Positions 47,180 to 64,000 of a stretch of DNA of 64,000 bases are shown here, piece by piece (the stretch's first letter is position 1; every line of letters begins with the position of its first letter). The DNA comes from the human T2T-CHM13v2.0 reference genome, Homo sapiens. The stretch lies in the NCBI RefSeq assembly GCF_009914755.1, contig NC_060930.1; one strand, given 5' to 3'. Under the pieces are notes generated by a model. The model had not been told where the DNA came from. It did no database searches and saw only the letters and a list, made by a program, of their open reading frames with translations. Made by a program: the position numbers and the translations under genes.

Positions 47180-48530
47180 TTGGTGTTCTTAACTGAGGTA
47201 GGTCTAAAATTTTCTGTCCTTTGCAGTATAATTCAGGTTTGGAATCAATGTTATGTTTTCTTTATAAAAATTAATGGAAAGTTTTTTCCTCTTTTGGAAG
47301 TGTTTAAATAGCATTGGGAGTATTCGGTTCTTGAAGATTTGGTAGAATTCCCCTCTGAAACCATCTAGGACCGGTGCTAGTTAGGTTAGTTTTTGATAAG
47401 TTTTTACATTTCAATTTTTACTTTCTATCTTGTCAGATTTGATAGATATTTTCTGAGGAAATATCTGTTTCATCTAGGTTTTCAAATTTATTTGGGAAGA
47501 TGTGTATTAAGCAGTCTCTCATTTTTTAAAATATAGCATTTGTGTCAAAGTCATTTTTCCCTCTTTATTTCCTGTTTTGTGTATTTGTGTTCTTCCTGTC
47601 ATCTCTTCCCTCCCCACTTTGACTGGTTAACTAGTGACCATTTATTTTGTTGATGAATGTTTTAAGAGTCAGATTATTTAGTCTGTTGTTTCATTTCTAA
47701 ATAATTATTTGTACCTTGTCTTTATTGCATTTCCTCTTTCAGCTGTTACTATTTTTATAGCTTTTGAAATGAGTATTGAATTTAGTACATTGATTCTTTA
47801 ATTTTTATTGATATAAGTATATAGACTCTAAATTTTCCACTATTCACTGCCTTAATTTTATACTATACATTCTAATATATTATGTTTTAATTATGATTTT
47901 TTAAAAAGAAATTTGGCAATTTTTTTTCACTCTGATCTGAGCTGTTTGTTTAATGGATAATTTTTTTTTTTAATTTCCAGGGTGAAATGACATTTTTGGT
48001 TTTAAACAATTTCTAACTTTTAGTTTTACTATATTGTGACTGAAGAATGTTGGTTGTATTCTATTTTTGAATTTTTGTGATATATAGTACATTTATTTGA
48101 ATGTTTCACATTGTTTGACAGAAAGATAAGATTCTCTAGCATCAGGGTATATTTTGGATATATATAATATTGACATTATTAGTTCTGTTTTTAGGCCTTT
48201 TATATACTTAATGTATACTTTTTTCACTTGTCTTGGACTGATAGTGATCTCTTAGTATATTTCTGTTCATTTCTTCTTGCATCTTCTGTAGTTTCTGCGT
48301 TATGAAGGTGGCTGCTGTTATTTGGTATGTAGATATTCAAAATGATTATATCTTCATTATGATTATATCTTAATTATGGTTATAATACTATAAAGTATCT
48401 TTATTTGTCTTGTTTACTGCTTCGAGTCCTGAATTCTACTTTATCAGATATAAAGCTCACAACCTTGCTTTACTTTTTTTTGCAATTGCCTACTCTACTT
48501 TTCCTATTCCTTTACTTTTTGGCCTTTTTT
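47180..48530 (-). mobile_element. Highly decayed old L1M ORF2 fragment
   Basis: T-rich antisense L1 text (tttggtagaattcccctctgaaaccatct..., tttcatctaggttttcaaatttattt). Confidence 0.6.
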
Positions 48531-50383
48531 GGAAACAAGGCAATGGGTTAGGCCTGTCTACATTTATTGATACAACTTACTGGTGAGTCTGTGCAGTAGA
48601 GAAAGTCAGCCTGAGACTTCCAAATTCATGTTAGAGCTACCACTTATTACAAATCTCTAGCAATGCTAAATATTTTACTTTATAAACACATTTTACAATA
48701 CTGATGATCTTGTCTAACCTTCATTTTCTTAAATTTCATAAGTAAGAAATATTTGCCAGCTTTATCAAAAGAATATGACCACCCCAAGTTAATATTTTTA
48801 AAAATGTAGTTTTAAAATTGCTTAAGAGAAAATACATTTTTGAGTAGGAATATTATGCTTTTATTATACAAGCAAGCTCAAATGGTCAGGCAGTACATTG
48901 ATCAAGTCTGCTAGAACAGCATTCACTGGGAGAAAACTACCAAAGACAAGTAATATCCAGGGGATGCCATTGTCCATCCCCTCTAGAAAATGCATAGAGA
49001 TTTTAGCAGGGATTGGTATTCTATTCAGAAAGAATACTTAGATTGTTGGCCTTCTAACCTGCATGACTAGGAAGGCACTGGCATCCTGCTGGTTGATCAG
49101 GGACTAGGGGGATCCTGGCCCTATCCTAATAGCTCAGGCTTTGTGATTAGGGTGTGTGTGTGAAGGGATGGGGGTTGTTTTTTTTCCTCCCTTGTTGTAA
49201 TCAGGGGCCTGGTTCCAAGTGATGTAGCAATCTGGTAGTAGGATTCACCTGCCTCTTTCCTGGCATGACCAAGACACTGAAGTCCAAGATTTGGGGTTAA
49301 CTGAGAATGATTGCCTTAAGTGCTAGGCATAGTCAGTTTCTATGTAGCTTTGCAAATTCCAACTCCCTCTCTGGGAAACTAGACTCAGGCAAGTTAATAA
49401 TTAACTTTGAATTTCTATTACAGAAACATCATTATGTTAGTTAATTTTTTATCTCAGAAGCAATTTATGTTTATATAAAGTACCTTACATTTTTGATATG
49501 GTTTCCATCAGTAGGTAACTGTATCATGATTTCAGTCTGGTCAGTTGTGAGAAAGTTATTTTTGATTTTGTCATTTAAATTTGGATGTTGTTACTATGGG
49601 AAAATGGAAAAGTACAACTTCTCTTTAAAAAGTAGTAAGTGGTTTGGATATGAAGGTTGCTTCCCTTGAGGGGAAAATATGTTAGTGCAAATAATTTTCT
49701 GCACACGACATGCTTCTACAAAGTTGTTACACGTCGTTTTTATTGTACTTCAATTTTTCTAACATGGCAGCAGGTAAAGCATTTTTAATATATCATTAAG
49801 CTATAAACTGATTCACAATAGGAAATAAGACAGGAATAAACTTTAGTTGGGGTCTGGGATGGATGGATTTTTAACTCAGTTTTTCATATATTTGAAAGTA
49901 AAATATAGATAACTGAAAAAAGAGAAAGATTGATTATACTCTTTCTATGTTTTATGCCTCCTAAGTTTTCAATAATTTGTAGTATTCTAGTAAAGGAACA
50001 CCTATATAGCATACTTCATATTGAAAAAGCCAGGATTCTATATTTCATCCATGTAGTATATATTTTATTCTACTTACATAAAATTTATATAGTTTTTTGA
50101 ATTTTAAGTATTTGATATGGATTTTATATTTTTTTGGACAGGTAAAAACATCAAATATGTTTGGTATTTTCATTGGCATTTCCTTTTTCTTTTTTTATTG
50201 CACCATTTTCCACACCCATAACAATGACATGCTTATGGTGGATGCTTGACGAATATTAGATAAATAAATGACTGCAGTATGTCCTCCCTGAGGCAACCTT
50301 AATCCTTATTCGAATGTGTCTGCTGGAATCAAATTTGTGATCTCCTAGAAAGAATGAATTATCTGCAATTCGGCATGACGTGA

Positions 50384-50871
50384 TGTAACTGTTAATTTTA
50401 TATGTCAACTTGACTGGGCCACAGGGTGCCCAGATACATGGTCAAATGTTATCCTGGGTGTGTCTGTGAGGGTGTTTTTGGAAGATGAACATTTGAATGG
50501 ACAGACTGAGAAAGCAGACTGACCTTCCTAATGTTCATGGGTCTCATCCAGTCAGCTGAAAGTCATAGAGTAAAAAGGCTGATCCTCCAGGTGAGTAAGA
50601 GGGAGCTCCTCCTGCTTGACTACCTTGATCTGGGACATTGGTTTTTTTTCTGCCTTGAACTTGAACTGAAACATTGGCTCTTCCTGGGTCTTAAGGCTGC
50701 AGGCCTTCAGACTGGAACTTACACCATTGCTCTCCTGTCTCCAGCTTGCCAACAGCAGATCTTAAGACTCCATAATCATGTGAACAAATTCCTTATTATC
50801 AATCAGTCTCTTTCCCTCAGCCATCCCCCACAGCCTATTCATTTTGTTTCTTTGGAAAACCCTGGAAATAC
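50384..50871 (+). mobile_element. MLT2-type (ERVL) LTR
   Basis: gttaattttatatgtcaacttgactgggccacagggtgcccagata ... tgtttctttggaaaaccct termini. Confidence 0.85.
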
Positions 50872-51001
50872 CTGGCTACCATTCTGTTTTCAAAAATAAT
50901 TAAAAGTATTAATGCTCATCATTTCCTTGAAACTAATCTCTCTTTAAACCAGTCTTATTTTACTGGGTACTTTAGTAATATACAGGAATAGATTATGATG
51001 G

Positions 51002-51469
51002 TATAGTAGGTTCAGTAATGGCCATCCAGACATCAAGTCCTAATCCCTAGAATTTGTAAATGTTACCTTATTGGAAAAGGGGTCTTTGCAGATCTAATTA
51101 AGGGTCTTGAGGAAAGGGGATTACTCTGGATTATCTGGGAAGGCCTTAAGTACCATCACAAATAGTCTTAAAAGAGACAAAGGGAGATAACATGAACACA
51201 CAGAGGAGAAGACATACAGATGAGGAGGAGGCGGTGTGACCATGAGGCAGAGATTGGAGTGATATAGCCACAAGCCAAAGAATACCTAATACTGTCAGTA
51301 GCTGGAAGAAGCAAGAAACAGATTCTCCCCTAGAGTCTTAGGAAGGAATGTGGCCCTGTTCACAACTTGATTCAAAGTTCAGCCCTCCAGAACTTCAAGA
51401 GAATAAATTTTTGTGCTTTAAGCCACTAATTTGTGATGATTTGTTACAACAGCCACAGGAAAGTAATAC
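51002..51469 (+). mobile_element. MLT1B/C-type MaLR LTR
   Basis: gtcctaatccctagaatttgtaaatgttacctta ... tttgttacaacagccacaggaaagtaatac. Confidence 0.85.
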
Positions 51470-51984
51470 GGATGGAAAAAGCTACAGTTACTCAGGTGAT
51501 CATTAAAAATGCTATTGTAATAGAAAATAGTGGGGGAGGAGCCAAGATGGCCAAATAGTAACAGCTCCAGTCTACAGCTCCCAGTGTGAGCGACGCGGAA
51601 GACGGGTGATTTCTGCATTTCCATCTGAGGTACCGGGTTCATCTCACTAGGGAGTGTCAGAGAGTAGGCGCAGGACAGTGGGTGCAGCGCACCATGCGCG
51701 AGCCGAAGCAGGGTGAGGCATTGCCTCACTTGGGAAGTGCAAGGGGTGAGGGAGTTCCCTTTCCTAGTCAAAGAAAGGGGTGACAGATGGCACCTGGAAA
51801 ATCGGGTCACTCCCACCCTATTACTGTGCTTTTCCGATGGGCTTAAAAAACGGCGCAGCAGGAGATTATATCCCGCACCTGGCTCGGAGGGTCCTATGGC
51901 CACGGAGTCTCCCTGATTGCTAGCACAGCAGTCTGAGATCAAACTGCAAGGCGGCAGCGAGGCTGGGGGAGGGGCGCCCGACAT
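51418..51984 (-). CDS. L1 ORF0 homolog, open and extended to 188 aa (putative)
   Basis: MSGAPPPASLPPCSLISDCCASNQ... matches the primate L1 ORF0 N-terminus; real ATG at 51984-51982; no expression evidence. Confidence 0.45.
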   Translation of the reverse strand: MSGAPPPASLPPCSLISDCCASNQGDSVAIGPSEPGAGYNLLLRRFLSPSEKHSNRVGVTRFSRCHLSPLSLTRKGNSLTPCTSQVRQCLTLLRLAHGALHPLSCAYSLTLPSEMNPVPQMEMQKSPVFRVAHTGSCRLELLLFGHLGSSPTIFYYNSIFNDHLSNCSFFHPYYFPVAVVTNHHKLVA

Positions 51985-52567
51985 TGCCCAGTCTTGCTTA
52001 GGTTAACAAAGCAGCCGGGAAAGTTGAACTGGGTGGAGCCCACCACAGCTCAAGGAGGCCTGCCTGCCTCTGTAGGCTCCACCTCTGGGGGAAGGGCACA
52101 GACAAACAAAAAGACAGCAGTAACCTCTGCAGACTTAAATGTCCCTGTCTGACAGCTTTGAAGAGAGCAGTGGTTCTCCCAGCGCGCAGCTGGAGATCTG
52201 AGAACGGGCAGACTGTCTCTTCATGTGGGTCCCTGACACCTGACCCCTGAGCAGCCTAACTGGGAGGTACCCCCCAGTAAGGGCAGACTGACACCTCACA
52301 CGGCCGGGTACTCCTCTGAGACAAAACTTCCAGAGGAACGATCAGACAGCAGCATTCGCGGTTCACGAAAATCTGCTGTTCTGCAGCCACCGCTGCTGAC
52401 ACCCAGGCAAACAGGGTCTGGAGTGGACCTCTAGCAAACTCCAACAGACCTGCAGCTGAGGGTCCTGTCTGTTAGAAGGAAGACTAACAAACAGAAAGGA
52501 CATCCACACCAAAAACCCATCTGTACATCACCATCATCAAAGACCAAAAGTAGATCAAACCACAAAG

Positions 52568-53580
52568 ATGGGGAAAAAACAGAGCAGAAAAACTGGAAAC
52601 TCTAAAAAGCAGAGTGCCTCTCCTCCTCCAAAGGAACGCAGTTCCTCACCAGCAACGGAACAAAGCTGGACGGAGAATGACTTTGATGAGTTGAGAGAAG
52701 AAGACTTCAGATGATCAAACTACTCCGAGCTACAAGAGGAAATTCAAACCAAAGGCAAAGAAGTTAAAAACTTTGAAAAAAATTTAGACGAATGTATAAC
52801 TAGAATAACCAATACAGAGAAGTGCTTAAAGGAGCTGATGGAGCTGAAAGCCAAGGCTCGAGAACTACGTGAAGAATGCAGAAGCCTCAGGAGCCGATGC
52901 GATCAACTGGAAGAAAGGGTATCAGCAATGGAAGATGAAATGAATGAAATGAAGCAAGAAGGGAAGTTTAGAGAAAAAAGAATAAAAAGAAACAAAGCCT
53001 CCAAGAAATATGGGACTATGTGAAAAGACCAAATCTACGTCTGATTGGTGTACCTGAAAGTGATGCGGAGAATGGAACCAAGTTGGAAAACACTCTGCAG
53101 GATATTATCCAGGAGAACTTCCCCAATCTAGCAAGGCAGGCCGACGTTCAGATTCAGGAGATACAGAGAATGCCACAAAGATACTCCTCGAGAAGAGCAA
53201 CTCCAAGACACATAATTGTCAGATTCACCAAAGTTGAAATGAAGGAAAAAATGTTAAGGGCAGCCAGAGAGAAAGGTCGGGTTACCCACAAAGGGAAGCC
53301 CATCAGACTAACAGCTGATCTCTCAGCAGAAACTCTACAAGCCAGAAGAGAGTGGGGACCAATATTCAACATTCTTAAAGAAAAGAATTTTCAACCCAGA
53401 ATTTCATATCCAGCCAAAGTAAGCTTCATAAGTGAAGGAGAAATAAAATACTTTACAGACAAGCAAATGCTGAGAGATTTTGTCACCACCAGGCCTGCCC
53501 TAAAACAGCTCCTGAAGGAAGCACTAAACATGGAAAGGAACAACCGGTACCAGCCATTGCAAAATCATGCCAAATTGTAA
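52568..53580 (+). pseudogene. L1 ORF1p, disrupted
   Basis: ATG at 52568; in-frame TGA at 52712 (codon 49); frameshift near 52990; C-terminal ...NRYQPLQNHAKL* intact. Confidence 0.92.
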
Positions 53581-53643
53581 AGACCATCGAGGCTAGGAAG
53601 AAACTGCATCAACTAATGAGCAAAATAACCAGCTAACATCATA

Positions 53644-57457
<3,814 letters not shown>

Positions 57458-57708
57458 ACAATGAGAACACATGGACACAGGAAGGGGAACATCACACTCT
57501 GGGGACTGTTGTGGCGTGGGTGGAGGGGGAAGGGATAGCATTATGAGATATACCTAATGCTAAATGATGAGTTAATGGGTGCAGCACACCAGCATGGCAC
57601 ATGTATACATATGTAACTAACTCGCACATTGTGCACATGTACCCTAAAACTTAAAGTATAATAATAACAAAATAAAAAATAAAAAAAAGAAAATAATCTG
57701 ACTGGTTA

Positions 57709-57745
57709 GTGTGTGTGTTTGTGTGTGTGTTTGTGTGTGTGTGTG
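57709..57745 (+). repeat. Imperfect (TG)n microsatellite
   Basis: Read directly. Confidence 0.85.
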
Positions 57746-58009
57746 AAAAATGTGCAAATAACCATTATGATTTACTATGTAATTATTTAAATTTTACAAA
57801 CTGTTGCTATTTGTCTGCATACTCTAAATTGTTTCAAATTATTGTGCTGTACAGACTTTTTGAGGCTCAATTTGGATTTCTAAGATAAATGAGGTAAGGA
57901 TTGCCCTCAAATATTACTGAACTACAGTCACTTGGTAAGACTTACTTTTTGGACAACTAGTCATAAGGTGGATACCAGTCTGATGTTAATATGTCTAACA
58001 ATTTAAAAG

Positions 58010-58436
58010 TGTAGTGGACAATCAGTGTTTGGGTGGCTGTCCACCCTCCAAATATTCCCTCCTGTTTGGTATAGTCCACCACTGGCATAATCTTCATGGA
58101 AGATAGGATACTACCCCTACATATAGTAGCTAAAATGTTTTTCTTTTCCTCTTCCCTCTCCTGGAGCCAGGAGTTGGTCATGGGATCAGGGCTCAGTTAA
58201 TTAAACACTCCCACCCAGAACTTTGCATCTCTGGTGACTAACGTATCCATAGGAGGAGTTCGGCAGGATTCATGGTGGCAGGGGCAGCTATTTCTGCTCT
58301 TCAGCGCTGCCTTTGTTGGCACATATTCCAAGTTTGGTTTGCCAGCATCCCATCAATAATGTGAGCTCTCAACATCCTTCCAATAAATTCCCTTGTTACT
58401 TGAAAGAACCAGTGTTGGTTTCTGTTACTTTCAGTT
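58010..58436 (+). mobile_element. Old ERVL-type LTR (LTR16/33-like, tentative)
   Basis: TGTAGTGGAC start; caataaattcc...gttggtttctgttactttca end region. Confidence 0.5.
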
Positions 58437-58779
58437 GAAAGGCTTATAAAAGCTATAATGGTTCTTGGTATCCATCTTAGTTCATGATGGTTTTTTAGCA
58501 GTTCAAGGTTTATTAATCCAACAGAATTTCTGACTCAGAGATGGTAAAAGTGAAACATCCTGTATAGCCTTAAACTTATAGGTGTTGATTATCTTTTCAA
58601 GCTATACCAGATTGTAAAAAGTAATTGAAACATGTAAGCAGCTTTGTCACAAGCTAGCTAGTGTCTTTGCATCATTATAACACCAAAGGTAACAAATTCT
58701 GCTTGAAATTTAAGATAAAATGATATAATATTTTTTGTTGCATGAATAATATGACATATATAGGAAATTATATAATAGA

Positions 58780-58905
58780 TAAACTTATTATTGAAGCTTT
58801 ACTTCATGCCAGACATTAAGCATTTAGACATTTATTTAATCCTCATAACAATCTTATGAGGAAGGTACCATTAAAATTCCCATTTTGCAGATAAGGAAAT
58901 GGGGG
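58780..58905 (-). mobile_element. MIR fragment
   Basis: tttaatcctcataacaatcttatgagg...cccattttgcagataaggaaa. Confidence 0.7.
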
Positions 58906-59660
58906 CATTTGCAAAATCAAAAATAAAAGGCAGCCGATACTTTGTTACTCTGTAGTGCTTTTAACTTCATCATTATTAGTAAGTCAGTCCTGTAAGACTC
59001 TGCCTTCTAAAGTGCAGCCAGGTCCAGACAGCTCAGCCACTGCAAGCTTCATGTATCCTTTATCTGCTGCTTAAGTATGGATCTCAAAATAGCACCACAT
59101 ACAGATGGTGCAGCTGGCCTAGCAGATGTAGAGTGAAGCTATCTGCAAAATTTTGCAAATGAATCTGTAGCTTAATATGTTACAGATATATAAAAATAAT
59201 AAGAGTGCACTATTTTAATGTATAATTTTTTTAAGGAACACCTTCCTCATCTAGAGAATCATTTGGGATTATTTAAGGCAATGTCAATTTTATAGCTTAG
59301 CTGGAAACCATAAGGAGAATCTCAATACAGAAGTGTACACCAAAAATGACTTTTAAAGAAGTCAGTATGGGTTAGGTTTCATAATCAAGCTGGCAGAAAT
59401 AGCTTTTTAGGCATTTCTGCCCTAGTACCATCCTTTGACCTAGTGATATTTTACCTCTTTGCTGCGGCAGGCTAAAGGCATCATACAGGTAGAAAGGATT
59501 GTCTGAAGCACAATTCTGTGTTTCTGGGATTCTCCTGTTTCTTCAGTATTATATGTATCTGCCTTGATCTCCTTTGTTCTTTGATTTTCTGTTCATTCTC
59601 ATATTGCCTCTTACCCCCTTCTCCTGGCCCCAGCTTTCCCTTGGCAGCTTATCCCATTAG

Positions 59661-60207
59661 GTGTCTTTCAGCTATCTAGTGCTGCATAATGGAGTACCCC
59701 AAAGTTTACTGGCTTAAAACAACAACTGTTTTTATTATTTCTCACTATTCTGTGAGTCAGGAATTCAAAGAGGGAAGAGCAGAGATGACTAATGTCTGCC
59801 CCGTATCATGTCTATTAGAATGTCCAAAATGGTTTCCTCACTTCCATGTCTGGTACCTGCACTAACTAGTCTCTAATGGTAGGAGCTGGCTTGAGTGATT
59901 CTGCTGAGGTTATATATTTAGGGTCTTTGGTCTAACTCTTGACTGGGTTCCTCAATTCTTCATGCAATCTAATGACCTCTCCCTCTCCACGTGGTGTCTC
60001 CATAGGGCTTCTATATGTGGTGTCAACAATGGGGTAACCAGACTTCTTATGTAGCAGCTCAGGACTTTCAAGAGTACAAAAGCAGAAGCTGCCAGGGCTT
60101 CTGCCTTATTCTGTTGGTCAAAAGAGGTCACTGGGCCAGGTGAAATTCAAGGGGAGGAGACTATAAAAGGACAACTTTGAGAGTCACCAAAGAACCAGGG
60201 TACCACA
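59661..60207 (-). mobile_element. MLT1-type MaLR LTR (old)
   Basis: cagctatctagtgctgcataa...ccccaaagtttactggcttaaaacaacaac...ttctgtgagtcaggaattc. Confidence 0.7.
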
Positions 60208-60541
60208 TTGTGTAATTGCAGCATCACAACCATGTTTGTGTTCAAACATTGTGTGCATGTACATGATGGACATTTGATAAAAGCATTTTCTCCATTCTCC
60301 TTGCATTAGGCTAGATCCTTATTTCAGTCACCCATACACAGATGTAAAAACAATTATCTTGCATATCATGGTTATTACTGCTTCTCTGGGTTAGGTCAGA
60401 TTTGTAATAATTTTGGTCAGGGTTTAACACAGAATTTTGAGAGCAGTGAGTTATGCCTTATCTTCAAAATAAAGGTAAGACCAGAACGAAGTGATAATAC
60501 ATTTCTGAATAAAAGAATTGGGAGAGCCTATGGGTTGATTC

Positions 60542-60846
<305 letters not shown>

Positions 60847-60859
60847 GGGTTGATTCTTT

Positions 60860-63420
60860 TAAAATCAACATTCTTGAGATATAACATGTAATATAATTTA
60901 AGGTATAACTAACCTAAATATAATCCATGAATCTTGTGTTTTTTTCTCTGAGTTTTGACAATTTCATATACTTGTGTAAACATTATTCAAAACAAGACAT
61001 AAATCATTTCTATCACCTCAGAAGGTGTTTTCATGCCCCTTTCCGGGTGGCTCCTTCTCACACCTAGAAGCAATCTTTGCTCTCATTTCAACTACCACTG
61101 ATTAGCTTTTCTAGTTCTTGAATTTAATGTAAATGGTATACACTATGCAACCTCTTGTGTTTGGATTTGTTCTCTTATGATGTTTTTGAAATTCTTCTGT
61201 TAAGGTCAGTGTATTCATAGTTTATACCCTTTACTAATGAGTTTTCAATTGTATGGCTATAGCAAACTTTGTTTTTCCATGTGCCTGTTTCCACAGGCAT
61301 TTTGGTAACTTCCAGTTTTAGGCTACTTTAAATAAATTTTTGCATAAAAGCTTGCTGGGATATTGATAAGAATTGCATTAACTCTGCAGATCAATTTGGA
61401 GAAAATAAAAGTCATCAATTTTGAGTCTTTCAATCAACATAGAATGGTTTGTATCTCTAGGGTTTCATTTTTCTCAGCTATGTTTTGTGTTTTGTACTGT
61501 AGCAGTTTCCATATTTCTCATGTTTATTTTTAGATACTTATTGTTTCTTGATATCCTGTCACATGGCTAATTTCACTTATTAGTTGAGTAGTCATTTTTT
61601 AGATGTCATAGTTTCTTTGAATGCAATCATGCCACTTGTAACTAAGCATCATTTAGCTTCTTCCTCTCCTGTCTTCATGCTGCTTATTTCTTTTCTCTTG
61701 TCTTGTCTTTCTTTCTAGCTAGGACTTCCAGTACAATGTTGGAGATAGTACATATCCTTGCCCTTTTGCCAAGGATAAGGGAAATATTGTAATACTTCAC
61801 CATTAAAATATGATGTTGGCTGTTTATCAGATTGACAAGGTTACCCTCTGTTTCTTGTTTCCTGTGAGTTTTTATTTTTAAAATCATGAATGGGTATTGT
61901 CTTTTATCAAATTTCTGTTTTCTCTATCTGTGGAAATGATTTTATGACTTTTCTTCTTTACTATTGTAATGTGATGAATTACAGTGATTTTTTTTAACTG
62001 TTAAACCAATCTTATATTCCTAGGATAAACTCCACTTGTTTGTGATGTGTTATAGTTTTAATTGCTGGATTTGGCTTGCTAATTTTTGTTACGGAGTTTT
62101 AAAATATTTGTTCAGGAGGTATACTTGTCTGTGCTTCTATTGCACCGTATTTACTTCTAGTAGGAAGGTTATGCTGCCTTGTTTCATAAAACAAGTTGGA
62201 AAGTGTTTCTGTAAAAGAGTAATAACTCTTTTATAAAACAGTTTAAGATGGGCATTATTTCTTCCTTAAATGTCTGATGGCATTCATTGGTGAAGCCATC
62301 TGGACCTCGAGTTTTCTTTGTGGTAATGGTTTTGATTACAAATTCCATTTCTTTCATGGATATAGGTTTACTAAGGATATTTGCTTTCTCTTGAATGAGC
62401 TTTGGCAGCTTGTGTTTTTTGCCTTGCTTGTTGGATTTTGTTGGCATAAAGTTGTTTATAATACCCATTATCATTCTTCTAATATCTATCAGATCATAGT
62501 GATATCCTCTTTTATTTGTGAAACTGATAATTTATGTTTTCTTGTTCTGTAATCTTTGGCCCTTGTGTTAGTTAGAAATGTGTGGCTCAATTTCCTAATG
62601 TTTGGGAATTTTCTGGGTATTGTATTGTTATTCATTTCTAATTTCATACTTGTGTGGTCAGAGAATTACTCTATCATTTTTATTATTGGAAATTCATTGA
62701 GACTTTTTTTCTGGCTTGACACATGTTGTATCTTGGTGTATGTTCCATGTGGACTTAAACAGAATGGATATTCTGCAGTTGTTGGATATTATGTTCTATA
62801 AATGACAGGTCCAGTAGTATTATTTAAATCTATGTGTTTGTTGATTTTTGTCTCTGCTTTCTTTAAGTAGTGAGAGAAGGGCATTAAAATTTCCAGCTAC
62901 AATTGTGTATTTGTTGATTTCTTTAGTTTTGACAATTTTGACTCATGCATTTTTAGGTTCTGTTATGAGGTGATTACATACATAGTATTGTCATATCTTC
63001 TTAATAATTGTCCATTTTATCATTACCAAATATCCCACTTTATAGTAATACTTCTTGTCTCAAAGTCTGCTTGGTCTGATATAACACAGTCACAAACACT
63101 TTCTTATGCTTAATGTTTGCATAGTATAGCTTCTTGCACATTTTACAACTTTATATTTAATGTGTTTCTTTGCTATATTTTTTGGTATTGCTTATTTATC
63201 AAATCTAATAAACTGCCTTTTAACTGGAATGTTTAGTCCATTTTTACTTGATATGGTTGAGTTTAATTCTACCATCTTGCTACTTTAAAAAATTATTTAT
63301 TTTTTGTTTACCTCTTTCTCCATTCTTGCCATCTTAGGTATTTTCAATATTCAGTTGCTTTTCTCCTCTATTATATTGTCAGGTATTTTATAGTTAAATC
63401 ATTTTATTCAGAAAGAAACT
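60860..63420 (-). mobile_element. Decayed old L1M fragments
   Basis: Minus-strand ORF2 remnants (KTRGPDGFTNECHQTFKEEIMPIL; [10 protein letters not shown]). Confidence 0.75.
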
Positions 63421-63506
63421 AAAATTTATTTTTATTTTGAATGACTTTATTTTTTAAAGCAGCTTTAGGTTCACAGCAAAAATGAGCAGAAAGAACAGAA
63501 AGTTCC

Positions 63507-63800
63507 TGTGTTAGTCTGTTTTGCATTGCTATAAAAGAATACCTGAGGCTAAGAAATTTGGAAAGAAGAGAGGTTTATTTAGCTCATGATTCTGTAGGCT
63601 ATACAAGAAGTGTAGTGTCAGTATCTGCTTCTGGTGAGGCATTAGGAAGCTTACAATCATGGCAGAAGGCAAAGGAGAAGCCAGCGGGTGACATGTTGAG
63701 AGAGGGAGCAAGAAAGAGAGGGAGGAGGTGCCAGGCTCTTTTTAAACAACTGGATCTAATGTTAACTCATTACCACAGGGAGGACACTTAGTCATTGATG
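63507..63800 (-). mobile_element. MST-type MaLR LTR fragment inserted in an L1M 3' end
   Basis: tgtgttagtctgttttgcattgctataaaagaatacctgaggct...ggaagcttacaatcatggcagaaggc. Confidence 0.85.
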
Positions 63801-64000
63801 AGTCATTTACTGTCACCATACTTTTGTCTTTTCTAAAATGTCATGTAGTTGGAATCACGTAGTATGTAGACTTTTCAGATTGGCTTCTTTTACTTAATAA
63901 TATGCATTTATGTGTCCTCCATGTCTTTTCATGGCTTCATAGCTAAGGTGTTTTTTTTTTAGCACTGGATAATTGGATAATATTCTGCAATATTATCCAC

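Overview
Human (primate) genomic DNA containing the complete NUS1 gene (Nogo-B receptor, NgBR; partner of DHDDS in the cis-prenyltransferase that makes dolichol) on the + strand. It has a CpG-island promoter near 5.4-6.45 kb, five coding exons (5909-6323, 23278-23403, 24267-24416, 33840-33939, 37160-37250; 882 nt, 293 aa ending in the RxG motif) and a 3' UTR of up to about 3.7 kb. The rest is mostly transposon-derived: about 17 Alus, THE1/MST/MLT/MER11 LTRs, old L1M fragments, MER DNA transposons and a full-length but coding-dead L1PA3/4. I see no prokaryote-type system. The most notable observations are: (1) a ~395-bp, ~97%-identical copy of the 3' part of exon 2 plus intron 2 in intron 1, where one A>G change creates an acceptor defining a potential in-frame 45-nt cassette exon; (2) a perfect ERSE (CCAAT-N9-CCACG), more CCACG boxes, a YY1 site, two strong-context uORFs and two G4 motifs around the 5' end; (3) an open, 188-aa extended L1 ORF0 reading out of the element toward NUS1; (4) splice signals suggesting a divergent lncRNA. 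Repeat subfamily names come from recalled consensus sequences, not a RepeatMasker run, and boundaries of old repeats are approximate.
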